Positions 50,061 to 59,867 of a DNA stretch of 64,000 bases are shown one piece after another. How positions within the stretch are numbered: position 1 is the stretch's first letter; each line of letters starts with the position of its first letter. This stretch comes from Fidelibacterota bacterium (GTDB lineage Bacteria; Fidelibacterota; Marinisomatia; SCGC-AAA003-L08; JACNLC01): NCBI GenBank assembly GCA_018657495.1, contig JABHXA010000003.1:146937-210936 (forward strand), given 5' to 3'. The position numbers and the translations under genes were made by a program. Under the pieces are notes generated by a model. That model was given only the letters and a program-made list of their open reading frames with translations, searched no databases and had not been told where the DNA came from.

Positions 50061-50993
50061 TTATAATCTGAACATTGAGCTCAATGATTGTCCAGAATTA
50101 ATTCGTTTAATGGATTCCCCAAAGACCTCTCCTACTGAAATGATTTCCAGCTTATCAAACAATTTGTCTTTGGGCAGTTCAATTGTATCTGTAATGATTA
50201 CTTTTTCTATATCTGATTCTATTAACCTTTGCACAGAGTTTCCTGAAAGAACGGGATGTGTTGCAATACAAATTACGTTTTTTGCTCCTCGTTCCATTGC
50301 CAATTGTGCCGCATTACAAATAGTACCAGCCGTATCAATCATATCATCTATTATCAACACATGTTTATTTTCAAGATCACCAACAAGGTTTGCAACTTTT
50401 GCCTCATTTGGTCTTGGTCTTCTCTTATCAATCAAGGCAAAACCAACACCCAGTTTTGATGCATAGGATTGACTCATTTTAGCACTGCCCATATCGGGAG
50501 CCAAAACAACACCATCGTCAGCATTGAGACCAAAATCACGAAGTCTGTCTAAAAGAGCTATCCGCGAGTACAAATGATCAAATGGAATATTTGCAAATCC
50601 TTGGATCTGGGCAGAATGTAAATCCATGGTAATAACCCGGTCGACACCTGCAGAAATAATCATGTCAAGAATCATCCTGGCAGAGATTGGTACTCTGGGT
50701 GCGTGTTTTCTATCCTGTCGTCCATAACCAAAATACGGGATGACTGCGATTACCTTATGGGCAGAAGCCCTACGAGCAGCATCCAATATAAGGGTCAGTT
50801 CGATTATATTTTCAGCAGGTGGATTAGTAGATTGTATTATATATACATCTTCACTTCTAACATTCTCTTCGAATGCAGCACCGATTTCACCGTCACTGAA
50901 TTTAAAAATGGATAAATCACCCAAAGGCATATCCAAATAATTAGATATCCTTGTTGCGAGTTGTTTATTTGATCTTCCTGAAAATACTTTCAT
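50061..50993 (-). CDS. prs: Ribose-phosphate pyrophosphokinase
   Basis: 310 aa. MKVFSGRSN..LA, the PRPP-binding loop VLIIDDMIDTAGT and DLHS. Confidence 0.95.
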   Translation of the reverse strand: MKVFSGRSNKQLATRISNYLDMPLGDLSIFKFSDGEIGAAFEENVRSEDVYIIQSTNPPAENIIELTLILDAARRASAHKVIAVIPYFGYGRQDRKHAPRVPISARMILDMIISAGVDRVITMDLHSAQIQGFANIPFDHLYSRIALLDRLRDFGLNADDGVVLAPDMGSAKMSQSYASKLGVGFALIDKRRPRPNEAKVANLVGDLENKHVLIIDDMIDTAGTICNAAQLAMERGAKNVICIATHPVLSGNSVQRLIESDIEKVIITDTIELPKDKLFDKLEIISVGEVFGESIKRINSGQSLSSMFRL

Positions 50994-50995
50994 AG

Positions 50996-51066
50996 CTGGG
51001 GGACAGGGAGTCGAACCCCGATACCAAATACCAAAAACTTGTGTCCTACCATTGAACGATCCCCCA
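50996..51066 (-). tRNA. tRNA-Gln (anticodon UUG), CCA not encoded
   Basis: Folded by hand. Acceptor UGGGGGA/UCCCCCA; D-arm GUUC-AAUGGUA-GGAC; anticodon arm CAAGU-UUUUGGU-AUUUG; T-arm CGGGG-UUCGACU-CCCUG; discriminator G. U1-A72, G2-C71, G3-C70 and G73 match the GlnRS identity set. Confidence 0.9.
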
Positions 51067-51115
51067 AATTTTCCCGATTCTTATCGGTATTAGAAAATTT
51101 AGTATTACTTCTTAA

Positions 51116-51967
51116 TTAAGATGTGTTTATGACGGGTCTGGAAATACATGTCCAGTAAGGGTGGGTAGCAAAAGAGGACTGAACCTTCTCTGCTTCTTTT
51201 TGATTGTCAAAGATACCATACACAGTCGAGCCGCTCCCCGACAGGCTTGCAAATACGGAACCCGATTTAATCAATCGATGTTTGATTTTGCCTACCTCTG
51301 GATATGTTGATTCTATGACCCGTTCAAAGTCATTTTCAAATAACTGCCATTTTACAGGCGTTTCAAGGGGGGCAAAGTTAGATATGTTTTCTGGAATAAT
51401 CAAATATCTTTTTATTTGTTCATAGGCCCATGGTGTTGATATATCATATTCCGGTTTTATTAATAGTATATAAAACTGCGATAATATTTCCCCATCTTGC
51501 GGCGTGAGTTTGTCACCAATATTCTCAGCTAGTTGAAGACCTCCAGTTATAAAAAATGGAATATCTGCCCCCAGTTCAGTAGAGATTTTGATCATTTCCA
51601 TGTGTGGTATTTTTAATTCCCACAAATGAGTCAGCGCTTTCAGGGTTGCTGCCGCATCGCTGGAGCCTCCGCCTAAACCGGCACCAATTGGAATATTTTT
51701 ATCCAGATGGATCTTTACTCCCTTATTTATATGATATCGTTTTTTTAGTAGCTCTGCAGCTTTTACACATAGATTCAGACCGCTTCCAGGAATAGGAATA
51801 CCAGATGAAGTAAAGTCTATCTTATCCTCTTCCAGCAATGAGATTGAAAGGATGTCGTGCAGATCTATTTCTTGAAAGAGACTATATAGGGTGTGATATC
51901 CATTGGTTAAACGGCCGGTAATTTTCAAACCGATATTAATTTTTGCATAGGCAGGGATATTTATCAT
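51116..51967 (-). CDS. ispE: 4-diphosphocytidyl-2-C-methyl-D-erythritol kinase
   Basis: 283 aa. PAYAKINIGLKITGR..GYH and the GHMP kinase motif PIGAGLGGGSSDAA. Confidence 0.9.
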   Translation of the reverse strand: MINIPAYAKINIGLKITGRLTNGYHTLYSLFQEIDLHDILSISLLEEDKIDFTSSGIPIPGSGLNLCVKAAELLKKRYHINKGVKIHLDKNIPIGAGLGGGSSDAAATLKALTHLWELKIPHMEMIKISTELGADIPFFITGGLQLAENIGDKLTPQDGEILSQFYILLIKPEYDISTPWAYEQIKRYLIIPENISNFAPLETPVKWQLFENDFERVIESTYPEVGKIKHRLIKSGSVFASLSGSGSTVYGIFDNQKEAEKVQSSFATHPYWTCISRPVINTS

Positions 51968-52082
51968 CTCAATGTCATTTCAATGGAAAGGTTTACGTCT
52001 CTGAAAAATTTTGTAAGCGATGCGTTTATTAATTTAGTTTATGCTTTTCGTTCATTCCGGAAATTCTGTCCGGCTGGATTGG

Positions 52083-53765
52083 TTACTTATTTTTCTGTTT
52101 TCTCGCCCAGCTGTCTCGTAATGCAACGGTTCGATTAAAAATCAATTTTCCTTTGGAGCTATCCCTGTCAACACAGAAATATCCATGTCTCAGAAACTGA
52201 AACTGCGATTCAATATCTGCATCCTTTAAACTTGATTCTATTTTACAGCCTTTCATAACCAACAGCGAATCCGGATTTATATTATCCAGAAAATCACCGT
52301 CTTCCTCTACATCTTCAGGATTTTCTTTTGTAAAAAGATGATCGTACAATCTCACCTCGGCATCAATAGCATGTTTTTCCGAAACCCATTGCATGGTTCC
52401 GCGCACTTTTCGTCCATCATCAGACCAACCGCCTTTGGTTGCCGGATCATAAGTACAATGTAATTCTTTCACATTCCCTTCACTATCCTTGATTACATCG
52501 TTACAGGTCACATAATAAGCATGTTTGAGGCGTACTTCCTGGCCAACTGTCAATCTGAAAAATTTTCTGGGTGGATTCTCAACATAATCTGACCTTTCAA
52601 CCCACAATACTCTGCTGAAAGGAATTTCTCTTTTCCCTGCCGATTCATCCTCAGGGTTATTCTGTCCCGGCAGGAGCTCGTCTTGATTTTCAGGATAGTT
52701 GGTGATCACCAGCTTTAGAGGATCCAATACAGCCATTCGTCTTTCTGATACCTTATTCAATTCCTCACGAAGAGAGTGGTTCAACAGGGCAATATCGGCA
52801 ACACCATCGCGTTTGGCAACACCCGTTTTATCAGAAAACTCCCGAATAGATTTAGGCGTATATCCACGTCGGCGCAATGCAGATATGGTGGGCATCCGTG
52901 GGTCATCCCATCCGCTTACATGTCCTTCCTGGACTAGCCTGGCTAACTTACGTTTGCTGGTAATTGTATAGTTCACATTCAAGCGGGCAAATTCAATTTG
53001 CTGTGGTCGATAGACGTCTAATTTTATCAAGAACCAATCATATAGCGGGCGGTGATCTTCAAATTCCAATGTGCACACAGAATGTGTAATACCTTCAATG
53101 CTATCCTCAAGTCCATGTGCCCAATCATACATAGGATATATGCACCAGTCATTTCCAGTTCGATGATGAGATTCATGGAGGATACGATACATTACCGGAT
53201 CACGCATATTCAAATTTGCAGACGACATATCAATTTTGGCACGGAGAACTTTCTCGCCATCCTTAAACAGACCTTCTCTCATTTGTCGGAATAAAGTAAG
53301 ATTTTCCTCTACCGTTCGATTCCGAAAAGGACTGTCAGCTCCAGCTTTTGTAAGTGTCCCTCTGGTTGATCTTATATCTTCCGCTGATTGATCATCCACA
53401 TAGGCATCACCAGATTGAATTAACTGTTCTGCATAATTATAAAGCTGCTGAAAATATCCAGAAGCAAAGAAAATTCGATCTGTGAGATCAAACCCCAGCC
53501 ATTCCACATCTTTGATGATGGATTCCACAAATTCATCTTCTTCTTTTATTGGGTTGGTATCATCAAAGCGCAGATTACAAATTCCACCTTCATAATTGGC
53601 AGCGAAACCAAAATTCATACAAATCGATTTGGCGTGGCCAATATGCAGATATCCATTTGGTTCAGGCGGGAACCGAGTATGAACCCGTCCTTGATATTTG
53701 CCTGTTTTCAGGTCGTCGATTATGATTTCATCTATAAAGTTTGATGCTTTTTCGTTTTCGCTCAT
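52083..53765 (-). CDS. glnS: Glutaminyl-tRNA synthetase
   Basis: 560 aa. [17 protein letters not shown] (HIGH), ITSKRKL (KMSKS-type), and a C-terminal anticodon-binding beta-barrel region typical of GlnRS. Confidence 0.95.
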   Translation of the reverse strand: MSENEKASNFIDEIIIDDLKTGKYQGRVHTRFPPEPNGYLHIGHAKSICMNFGFAANYEGGICNLRFDDTNPIKEEDEFVESIIKDVEWLGFDLTDRIFFASGYFQQLYNYAEQLIQSGDAYVDDQSAEDIRSTRGTLTKAGADSPFRNRTVEENLTLFRQMREGLFKDGEKVLRAKIDMSSANLNMRDPVMYRILHESHHRTGNDWCIYPMYDWAHGLEDSIEGITHSVCTLEFEDHRPLYDWFLIKLDVYRPQQIEFARLNVNYTITSKRKLARLVQEGHVSGWDDPRMPTISALRRRGYTPKSIREFSDKTGVAKRDGVADIALLNHSLREELNKVSERRMAVLDPLKLVITNYPENQDELLPGQNNPEDESAGKREIPFSRVLWVERSDYVENPPRKFFRLTVGQEVRLKHAYYVTCNDVIKDSEGNVKELHCTYDPATKGGWSDDGRKVRGTMQWVSEKHAIDAEVRLYDHLFTKENPEDVEEDGDFLDNINPDSLLVMKGCKIESSLKDADIESQFQFLRHGYFCVDRDSSKGKLIFNRTVALRDSWARKQKNK

Positions 53766-53767
53766 GA

Positions 53768-55201
53768 TTATCCTGTATGAAATTCAAGTGATGTTTTCAA
53801 TCTTAATTTTATGGTTTCAAGATCTAATAAATTAAATAATGTCGGCATATCCGGACCATGTACACTGCCGTATAATGCCAGCCTAAGTGGTGAATAAAGA
53901 TCCTTTCCCTTAACACCGGTTTCTTCTATCGTTCTTTTTAGAAGGGATTTCAGATCGTCTGCATTCCAGCTACTTTGCGTATCAAGTTCTTTCAACCAGA
54001 ATTGACATACAGAAAAGGATGTTTTTAATGATAGTATTTCCCCATCTTCATTGTTGAACTTTAGATCAAAGTAAAACATTCGGACCTCATCAGGTAGCTC
54101 ATTGAGGGTGTTTACTCTTTTCCGCGCATAATCCACAGCGCTTCTGAATTTATCATTATCTGATATATCAAAATTCTCTGATGTAAAAACAGATTCCACT
54201 TTTTTACAAATATTTTCAAGGCTCTCATTTTTTAGATAGAGACTGTTCATCCAATTGAGTTTATCCTGATCAAAAACGGCGCCGGATTTTTGGATTCGTT
54301 TTATACTGAATTCTTTTTCAAGGTTTTTTAAGCTGAAAATCTCTTTGTCATTGCCTGGATTCCAACCCAGCAGTGCCACAAAATTGAGCATGGTTTCCGC
54401 CAGAAATCCTTTATCAAGAAAGTCTTCAACTGCCACATCACCCTGTCTTTTTGATAACTTTGATTTATCCGGGTTGAGTAATAGTGGTAGATGAGCGAAC
54501 TTAGGGGGAGACCAACCAAGAAAACGATAGAGCAGAACATGTTTTGGTGTAGAGGATAACCATTCTTCACCACGGATGACATGACTGATTCCCATGAGAT
54601 GATCGTCGACAACATTGGCAAGATGATAGGTTGGAAATCCATCTGTTTTCAGGATGACCTGATCGTCAAGATCATTTGACTTAATAGAGACTTTATCCCG
54701 AACGATATCATAAAAAATAATATCTTCATCTGCTGGTGATTTCAATCGAATTATATGAGATTCAGTACTCATTCTGGTCATTGCTTCATCTCTGCTTAGC
54801 GATAGACAATGACGGTCATAAGGTGTATTTAACTTGTCTGTCAATCTTTGCTGCCGGACATTTTTCAGCCGCTCAGTATCGCAAAAACAAGGATAGGCAT
54901 TACCGGAATCGATTAACTCATTGATATATTTTTTGTAAGTATCTAATCGCTGACTTTGAAAATAGGGACCATTTTCACCACCCTGATCTGGTCCTTCATC
55001 AAATTGGATACCAATACGATTAAATGTACTAAGCAGGTTATCTACAGCTCCTTCAACTTTGCGGGATTGGTCAGTATCCTCAATACGAAGAACAAATGAT
55101 CCGCCAGTTTTTTTCGCATAGAGATAATTATATAATGCGGTTCTTAAACCACCCACATGAAGATAACCTGTTGGACTGGGAGCAAACCGGGTTTTAATCA
55201 T
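53768..55201 (-). CDS. gltX: Glutamyl-tRNA synthetase
   Basis: 477 aa. [22 protein letters not shown] and KLSKR. Confidence 0.95.
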   Translation of the reverse strand: MIKTRFAPSPTGYLHVGGLRTALYNYLYAKKTGGSFVLRIEDTDQSRKVEGAVDNLLSTFNRIGIQFDEGPDQGGENGPYFQSQRLDTYKKYINELIDSGNAYPCFCDTERLKNVRQQRLTDKLNTPYDRHCLSLSRDEAMTRMSTESHIIRLKSPADEDIIFYDIVRDKVSIKSNDLDDQVILKTDGFPTYHLANVVDDHLMGISHVIRGEEWLSSTPKHVLLYRFLGWSPPKFAHLPLLLNPDKSKLSKRQGDVAVEDFLDKGFLAETMLNFVALLGWNPGNDKEIFSLKNLEKEFSIKRIQKSGAVFDQDKLNWMNSLYLKNESLENICKKVESVFTSENFDISDNDKFRSAVDYARKRVNTLNELPDEVRMFYFDLKFNNEDGEILSLKTSFSVCQFWLKELDTQSSWNADDLKSLLKRTIEETGVKGKDLYSPLRLALYGSVHGPDMPTLFNLLDLETIKLRLKTSLEFHTG

Positions 55202-55280
55202 TTACTTTTCTTTCCTGGTTCATTTTCTTTTTACTAATTTCTTCATTCATTATTCACAATATTATTTTCAGCCTATTGAA

Positions 55281-55320
55281 TTTCGAATTCCGAACTCAGA
55301 TCAACGATTTTAGATTTATA
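55281..55320. repeat. Direct repeat copy 1 (40 bp) bounding the four-helix-bundle gene
   Basis: TTTCGAATTCCGAACTCAGATCAACGATTTTAGATTTATA matches 55783-55822 at 36 of 40 positions in the same orientation, with weaker similarity extending about 7 nt further. Confidence 0.7.
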
Positions 55321-55335
55321 CTTTTTTCAAGATTT

Positions 55336-55680
55336 TTATGCAGTTTCAATGCTTTTAACAAAAATTGAAATCAGTTCATTGTTTTCAGTTTTTGCTTTTT
55401 GAATTCTACCTACTGATTTATACAGCTTAGTTCGCTGAATAATTTTTAGGCAAATAAATGTTTCTCTAAGTTCTTTTAAAATAATTTTCATTTTGTGGAT
55501 AAAATCTCTTTTTGATTCGGCACTTTGTGCTTCTCCATAATTTAACGATACAGATGTTCCTGACCGAACCAATTGCCCTGACAAGTGATTTCCCGCTTTT
55601 GTACTTAGCATTTCATTTACAATCTGAATTATTAATGTCGAAAATTCTATTAGTCTTTCTTCCAAATCATATTTATCCAT
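55336..55680 (-). CDS. Four-helix-bundle protein (23S rRNA intervening-sequence protein / Avd-like family)
   Basis: Family pattern ...LIEFSTLIIQIVNEM...GNHLSGQLVRSGTSVSLNYGEAQSAESKRDFIHKMKIILKELRETFICLKII. The likely start is the ATG at 55680, with AAGGAG 8 nt upstream; the ORF track extends to 55710. Confidence 0.85.
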   Translation of the reverse strand: MDKYDLEERLIEFSTLIIQIVNEMLSTKAGNHLSGQLVRSGTSVSLNYGEAQSAESKRDFIHKMKIILKELRETFICLKIIQRTKLYKSVGRIQKAKTENNELISIFVKSIETA

Positions 55681-55782
55681 AATTATTCTCCTTCTTGAAT
55701 AATTTTCCATACATTTTCTATGTTTAGTCTTGCCCTACCTACTCGAGAAACTTTGATTTTATATATTTAATTTTTTCGTTAT

Positions 55783-55822
55783 TTTCGAACTCCGAACTCA
55801 GATTAACGATTTTTGATTTATG
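55783..55822. repeat. Direct repeat copy 2 (40 bp) bounding the four-helix-bundle gene
   Basis: TTTCGAACTCCGAACTCAGATTAACGATTTTTGATTTATG; see copy 1. It contains a tandem CGAACTC heptad. Confidence 0.7.
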
Positions 55823-55867
55823 CTTCTTCTTCTACTTCTTTATTCATCATTCGTTAATCGATATTCA

Positions 55868-56350
55868 TCATTTACAAGTAGCAGAAACAATCGATAGTAC
55901 CTGTATTCCCTCACCTCGGCCAAAAGCAGTCATTTCTTCGCCGGATGTAGCCGTGATTCCAATATCTTCAGCATCGATACTGAGTATTTGAGATATGGAT
56001 TGTCTCATCTCGTCGATCTTTGGTGATATCTTAGGGGTTTTACATTCAATACTTATCGAAACGTGATTTATGTCATATTTCCCAAAACTCTTTAATGCTT
56101 CTTTTACATATTCTTTGCTATCAACAATGCCCATGTTTTTACACATATCATCGCTTACTTTTCCAAGAATATTTATATTTGTTATGCTGGAAATAGAGTT
56201 GGTGATTGCATGAAGAACAACATCTGCGTCGCTATTACCTTTTAGAGGTGAGTCATCGGGAAATATTACACCACCAAGAATGAGTTTTTTATTTTCATTT
56301 TTTAAATCGAAAACATGGCTATCCTGTCCCAATCCGACTTTCACCTTCAT
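55868..56350 (-). CDS. ispF: 2-C-methyl-D-erythritol 2,4-cyclodiphosphate synthase, divergent
   Basis: 160 aa. VGLGQDSHVF (the Asp/His metal motif), LILGGV, GNSDADVVLHAI, PKISP and ATSGEEMTAFGRGEGI are collinear with E. coli IspF. Asn replaces the His42 equivalent, and the GDIGK.FPDTDP motif is degenerate. Confidence 0.8.
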   Translation of the reverse strand: MKVKVGLGQDSHVFDLKNENKKLILGGVIFPDDSPLKGNSDADVVLHAITNSISSITNINILGKVSDDMCKNMGIVDSKEYVKEALKSFGKYDINHVSISIECKTPKISPKIDEMRQSISQILSIDAEDIGITATSGEEMTAFGRGEGIQVLSIVSATCK

Positions 56351-56430
56351 TTCACTATATCCATAAAATATAGATTAAGTGCATGAACCACACGATATGT
56401 ATCGATTCCCTGACCAATTCGAAAGCTCAT
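56347..56430 (-). other. 27-codon upstream ORF resembling a canonical IspF N-terminus; its stop overlaps the ispF start (ATGA)
   Basis: My translation: MSFRIGQGIDTYRVVHALNLYFMDIVK*. Compare B. subtilis IspF, MFRIGQGFDVHQLV. GGAG lies 9 nt upstream of its ATG, whereas ispF itself has no SD. Confidence 0.4.
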
Positions 56431-56454
56431 TTGGGAAATCTCCTTTATCTTTTA

Positions 56455-57513
56455 TCAGATAATCAGCATGGCATCGCCATAACTGTAAAAGCGATATTTT
56501 TCCTTTATTGCTTCTTCATAAGCTCTAAGAACGAAGTCTTTGGTTGCAAACGCCGCCACCATCATCATTAAGGTGGATTTTGGCTGATGGAAATTTGTTA
56601 CCAGTTTATCAGCCATCTTGAAATCGTAGGGTGGAAAGATGAATTTATCCGTCCATGCTTTCTTTGCGGTTATTTGTGTTTTGGATACTGAAACAGTTTC
56701 CAGTGCCCTCACAGTAGATGTGCCAACAGCCATAATTTTTCTCTTTTTTCTTCTGGCAGCATTAATAGTGGCAGCACCATCAACTGAAATATGAAAATAC
56801 TCTGAATCCATATTGTGTCGGGTCAGATCTTCAACCATTATTGGTCTAAATGTGCCCAGCCCAATATGCAGGGTTACTTCGACGACTTTTACGCCTTTCG
56901 CCTTAATTTTTTTGATAAGGTCTTTAGTAAAGTGAATACCTGCTGTCGGTGCAGCTACCGAACCTCGCTGTGAAGCGAATACGGTTTGATAATCATCCTT
57001 ATCTTCAGGGATAGGATCCCTTTTGATATAAGGTGGTAATGGTGATAAACCTTGAGAATCAATAAACGGATACAGGCTATCCTGTTTATATTCAAATCTT
57101 ACCACTCGTCCACCTGATATTGTATTATCAATAACATCACAAGTAATATCTTCGCCAAAATGGAGCTTGTTACCGATCCGGACTTTTCTCGCCGGTTTTA
57201 CCATGGCCTCCCAGAGATCCTTCTGCAGCTCACGAAGGAGAAAGACTTCTACGATGGAATCGTTATTATCTTTTCGAGCATATAATCTCGCTGGGTATAC
57301 TTTTGTATTATTGATAGCAAGTATATCCCCTTTCCGATAATAATCAACGATATCCTTGAATTTTCGATGGGTAATCGATTTATCTGATCTATCTAAAACC
57401 ATCAAACGACACTCATCTCGCACCTTTTCTGGATACATAGCGATGAGCTCCTCCGGTACTTCCATTTCGAATTCGGATAAACGGGGTGGTTTCTCAGGTG
57501 ACCCTATTAACAT
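56455..57513 (-). CDS. queA: S-adenosylmethionine:tRNA ribosyltransferase-isomerase
   Basis: 352 aa. LSEFEMEVPEELIA, AAPTAGIHFT and FFQPKS-like NFHQPKSTL. Confidence 0.95.
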   Translation of the reverse strand: MLIGSPEKPPRLSEFEMEVPEELIAMYPEKVRDECRLMVLDRSDKSITHRKFKDIVDYYRKGDILAINNTKVYPARLYARKDNNDSIVEVFLLRELQKDLWEAMVKPARKVRIGNKLHFGEDITCDVIDNTISGGRVVRFEYKQDSLYPFIDSQGLSPLPPYIKRDPIPEDKDDYQTVFASQRGSVAAPTAGIHFTKDLIKKIKAKGVKVVEVTLHIGLGTFRPIMVEDLTRHNMDSEYFHISVDGAATINAARRKKRKIMAVGTSTVRALETVSVSKTQITAKKAWTDKFIFPPYDFKMADKLVTNFHQPKSTLMMMVAAFATKDFVLRAYEEAIKEKYRFYSYGDAMLII

Positions 57514-57526
57514 ATGACCTCACTGT

Positions 57527-58573
57527 TTAGTTAAATAATTTTTGTTGTTTTATAAATTTTTCCACAGGCACATTCAATCTTTTGAATGTTTTCTCCATGG
57601 CAATTCGCCCTCTCGAGGTACGCTGAACAAACCCTTCTTTTATGAGATAGGGCTCGTATACTTCTTCGATGGTTCGTGCATCTTCTGATATCGCCACACC
57701 AAGCGAATCCAGCCCAACGGGCCCACCGCCGAATTTATGCACCAGGGCATCTAATATTCTTCTATCCATATCATCTAATCCCGTTTCATCAATACCCAGC
57801 CTGCTCATGGCTTCTTTGGCGATGGCAAGATCAATTTTCCCATTTGATTTTACTTGGGCAAAATCTCTTGCACGACGGAGAATTCTATTTGCAACCCTTG
57901 GAGTTCCCCGAGAACGTCGAGATATTTCATAACCACCTTCTTTATCTATTTTTACGCCAAGAATTTTTGAAGAGCGATTAATTATTTTTAGTAATTCTTC
58001 ATCACTATAGAAATCCAATCGAAGTACAACCCCAAAACGATCGCGCATTGGCGACGTCAGATTTCCCAATCTGGTGGTAGCTCCTACAAGTGTAAATGGA
58101 TTCAAATTTAATTGTATACTTCGGGCACTGGGACCTTTATCCAGCATGATATCGATAGTATAATCTTCCATGGCAGAATATAAATATTCTTCCACTACTG
58201 AACTAAGACGGTGAATTTCATCGATAAAAAACACATCATGTTCGGCAAGATTTGTAAGGATGCCGGCAAGATCACCTGGGCGATCAAGTACCGGTCCTGA
58301 TGACAGTTTGATATTTGCAGCCAGTTCATGGGCAATGATATTTGCCAATGTGGTTTTTCCGAGTCCTGGCGGGCCGAATAGCAGCACATGATCAAGTGCT
58401 TCTCCTCTTTGCTTTGCTGCCTGGATATATACTTTCAAATTCTGTATCGTTTCCTGTTGCCCAACGAAATCATCAAACATGGATGGGCGGAGAGATTTTT
58501 CAGTTAGAAAATCCTCTTCAAGTTTTTCGGGGGTATTAATTTTATCGATTGGATTTTTGGTAGATTCGATCAT
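57527..58573 (-). CDS. ruvB: Holliday junction branch migration helicase RuvB
   Basis: 348 aa. LRP..FDDFVGQ, Walker [10 protein letters not shown], Walker B FIDEIHRL and the winged-helix C-terminus. Confidence 0.95.
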   Translation of the reverse strand: MIESTKNPIDKINTPEKLEEDFLTEKSLRPSMFDDFVGQQETIQNLKVYIQAAKQRGEALDHVLLFGPPGLGKTTLANIIAHELAANIKLSSGPVLDRPGDLAGILTNLAEHDVFFIDEIHRLSSVVEEYLYSAMEDYTIDIMLDKGPSARSIQLNLNPFTLVGATTRLGNLTSPMRDRFGVVLRLDFYSDEELLKIINRSSKILGVKIDKEGGYEISRRSRGTPRVANRILRRARDFAQVKSNGKIDLAIAKEAMSRLGIDETGLDDMDRRILDALVHKFGGGPVGLDSLGVAISEDARTIEEVYEPYLIKEGFVQRTSRGRIAMEKTFKRLNVPVEKFIKQQKLFN

Positions 58574-58864
58574 AGAAAATATCGCTTAATATACATCTAT
58601 TTTCACCGTTTTTGAAAGAAATAATAGAGGTGAATTAATTCCACCAAAATTAACTTTTAATCCTTTTTGTATAATATTTCTTCAAAATATTATACAAATT
58701 ATTTATCATACTAGCGATGTTGTTCAGACAAAATATCTTACCGCATTAAATATTAGAAAATTGAAAAGGGCTGGTGATTTCAGAAAGAATTAATCAAATA
58801 GATGAACAAGAAAACCACATTGGAATCAAAAAATTAAGAGCTGAAGGGCAGAACAGGAAGAAAA

Positions 58865-58908
58865 ATTAAAGACAGCTAATCAATATAAATTGACCAGCTG
58901 TCTTTAAT
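58865..58908 (-). terminator. Rho-independent terminator downstream of the cohesin/T9SS gene
   Basis: 13-bp inverted repeat ATTAAAGACAGCT ... AGCTGTCTTTAAT with an 18-nt loop. It starts 14 nt after the stop and is followed on the minus strand by a T-run (TTTTTC). Confidence 0.7.
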
Positions 58909-58921
58909 TTTGAAAAGATTA

Positions 58922-59647
58922 TTATTTTAGAAGGATAATCCTCTGTGCGGATTGATATTCATTTGTTGTCATTCGAAGCATATAAATACCTGATGCAAAG
59001 TCGGTTGCATTCCATTTAATACTATAATGACCAGCTGACTGGAAACCATTCATCAATTCAGTTACTTGACGACCTTGTAGATCATAAACAGTAATTGATA
59101 AATCCCCATCCACTGATAAATCATACGAAATATTCGTTACAGGATTGAATGGATTTGGATAGCTTGCCAATAATGCGGTTTTTACCGGAATCGTTGGGTT
59201 TGTTGTAATGCTGAATGATGGTAGATCAGCAGGAATTTTTGTTCCGGAACTGCCAGCCAAAATCAGATCAGTAAATTGTACAAAGCTTTCACCTTGAAAA
59301 CCGGCAGCCGGTTCAAAATCAAATTGAATAACTTCTGCCAGTGCATCTGGATTTATTGATTCACCTGTCATGCTGAAAATTAATCCTTTAATTACACCGT
59401 TATCTTTTTCACGAAAATCAAAGGTGAAATCTTCAAGTAATGAAGCTGCGCCATTGAAAGCCAGTTCATCAGTATTGTATTGCAGGTTAAATTGTAAACC
59501 ATAAATCATCTCATCAGAATTTACAATCAGTTCCATTCCAAGTGAGTTTGTCAGGTCAGAGCTTTCTGATCTGCTTAGATTCACAGTTGTATTTGCGGCT
59601 ACAAGCATGGTAAAAACCACAGTTATAAGCATTAGTTTTGTTTTCAT
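58922..59647 (-). CDS. Secreted cohesin-like domain protein with T9SS C-terminal sorting domain
   Basis: 241 aa with a signal peptide. The central ~125 aa show a cohesin-like pattern (LGMELIVNSDEMIYGLQFNLQYNTDELAFNG...VIQFDFEPAAGFQGESFVQFTDLILAGSSG). The C-terminal ~80 aa match the T9SS type A domain (SYPNPFNPVTNISYDL...ITVYDLQGRQV...SGIYMLRM...ILLK). AGGAG RBS. Confidence 0.75.
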   Translation of the reverse strand: MKTKLMLITVVFTMLVAANTTVNLSRSESSDLTNSLGMELIVNSDEMIYGLQFNLQYNTDELAFNGAASLLEDFTFDFREKDNGVIKGLIFSMTGESINPDALAEVIQFDFEPAAGFQGESFVQFTDLILAGSSGTKIPADLPSFSITTNPTIPVKTALLASYPNPFNPVTNISYDLSVDGDLSITVYDLQGRQVTELMNGFQSAGHYSIKWNATDFASGIYMLRMTTNEYQSAQRIILLK

Positions 59648-59867
59648 CTTATTCTCCTACTTTTTTATCTAGCATGTTAATGCGTCTGATTGATAGTTCT
59701 TCAATAAGTATCGTACTGCCAGTTGGCATACTCTCTAATTTATTCAACTGTATGCATTAAGATGTCATTTTAATTGTATCAATATATAAAAAGTTTTTAT
59801 TAACGATTTTAGTAATGTATGAACCATTGATATTATACAACCACATGTTTCAAGATGGTTTCCAAGG

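Noticed and set aside
55281-55822. Possibility that the Avd-family four-helix-bundle gene and its flanking repeats represent a diversity-generating retroelement (TR/VR pair).
   Set aside because: No reverse transcriptase is present anywhere in the window. The repeats are non-coding and only 40 bp long. Their four mismatches (t/c, c/t, a/t, a/g) are not adenine-specific as DGR mutagenesis would predict.
55281-55822. Possibility that the two 40-bp direct repeats are a minimal CRISPR array.
   Set aside because: There are only two copies, which are imperfect and separated by about 460 bp containing a protein-coding gene. No cas genes are present.
56383-56571. 62-aa + strand ORF ending in HHHH, spanning the ispF-queA spacer.
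   Set aside because: It overlaps the queA 3' end and the IspF-like uORF in antisense. It has no RBS, and the His run comes from ATGATG on the opposite strand.
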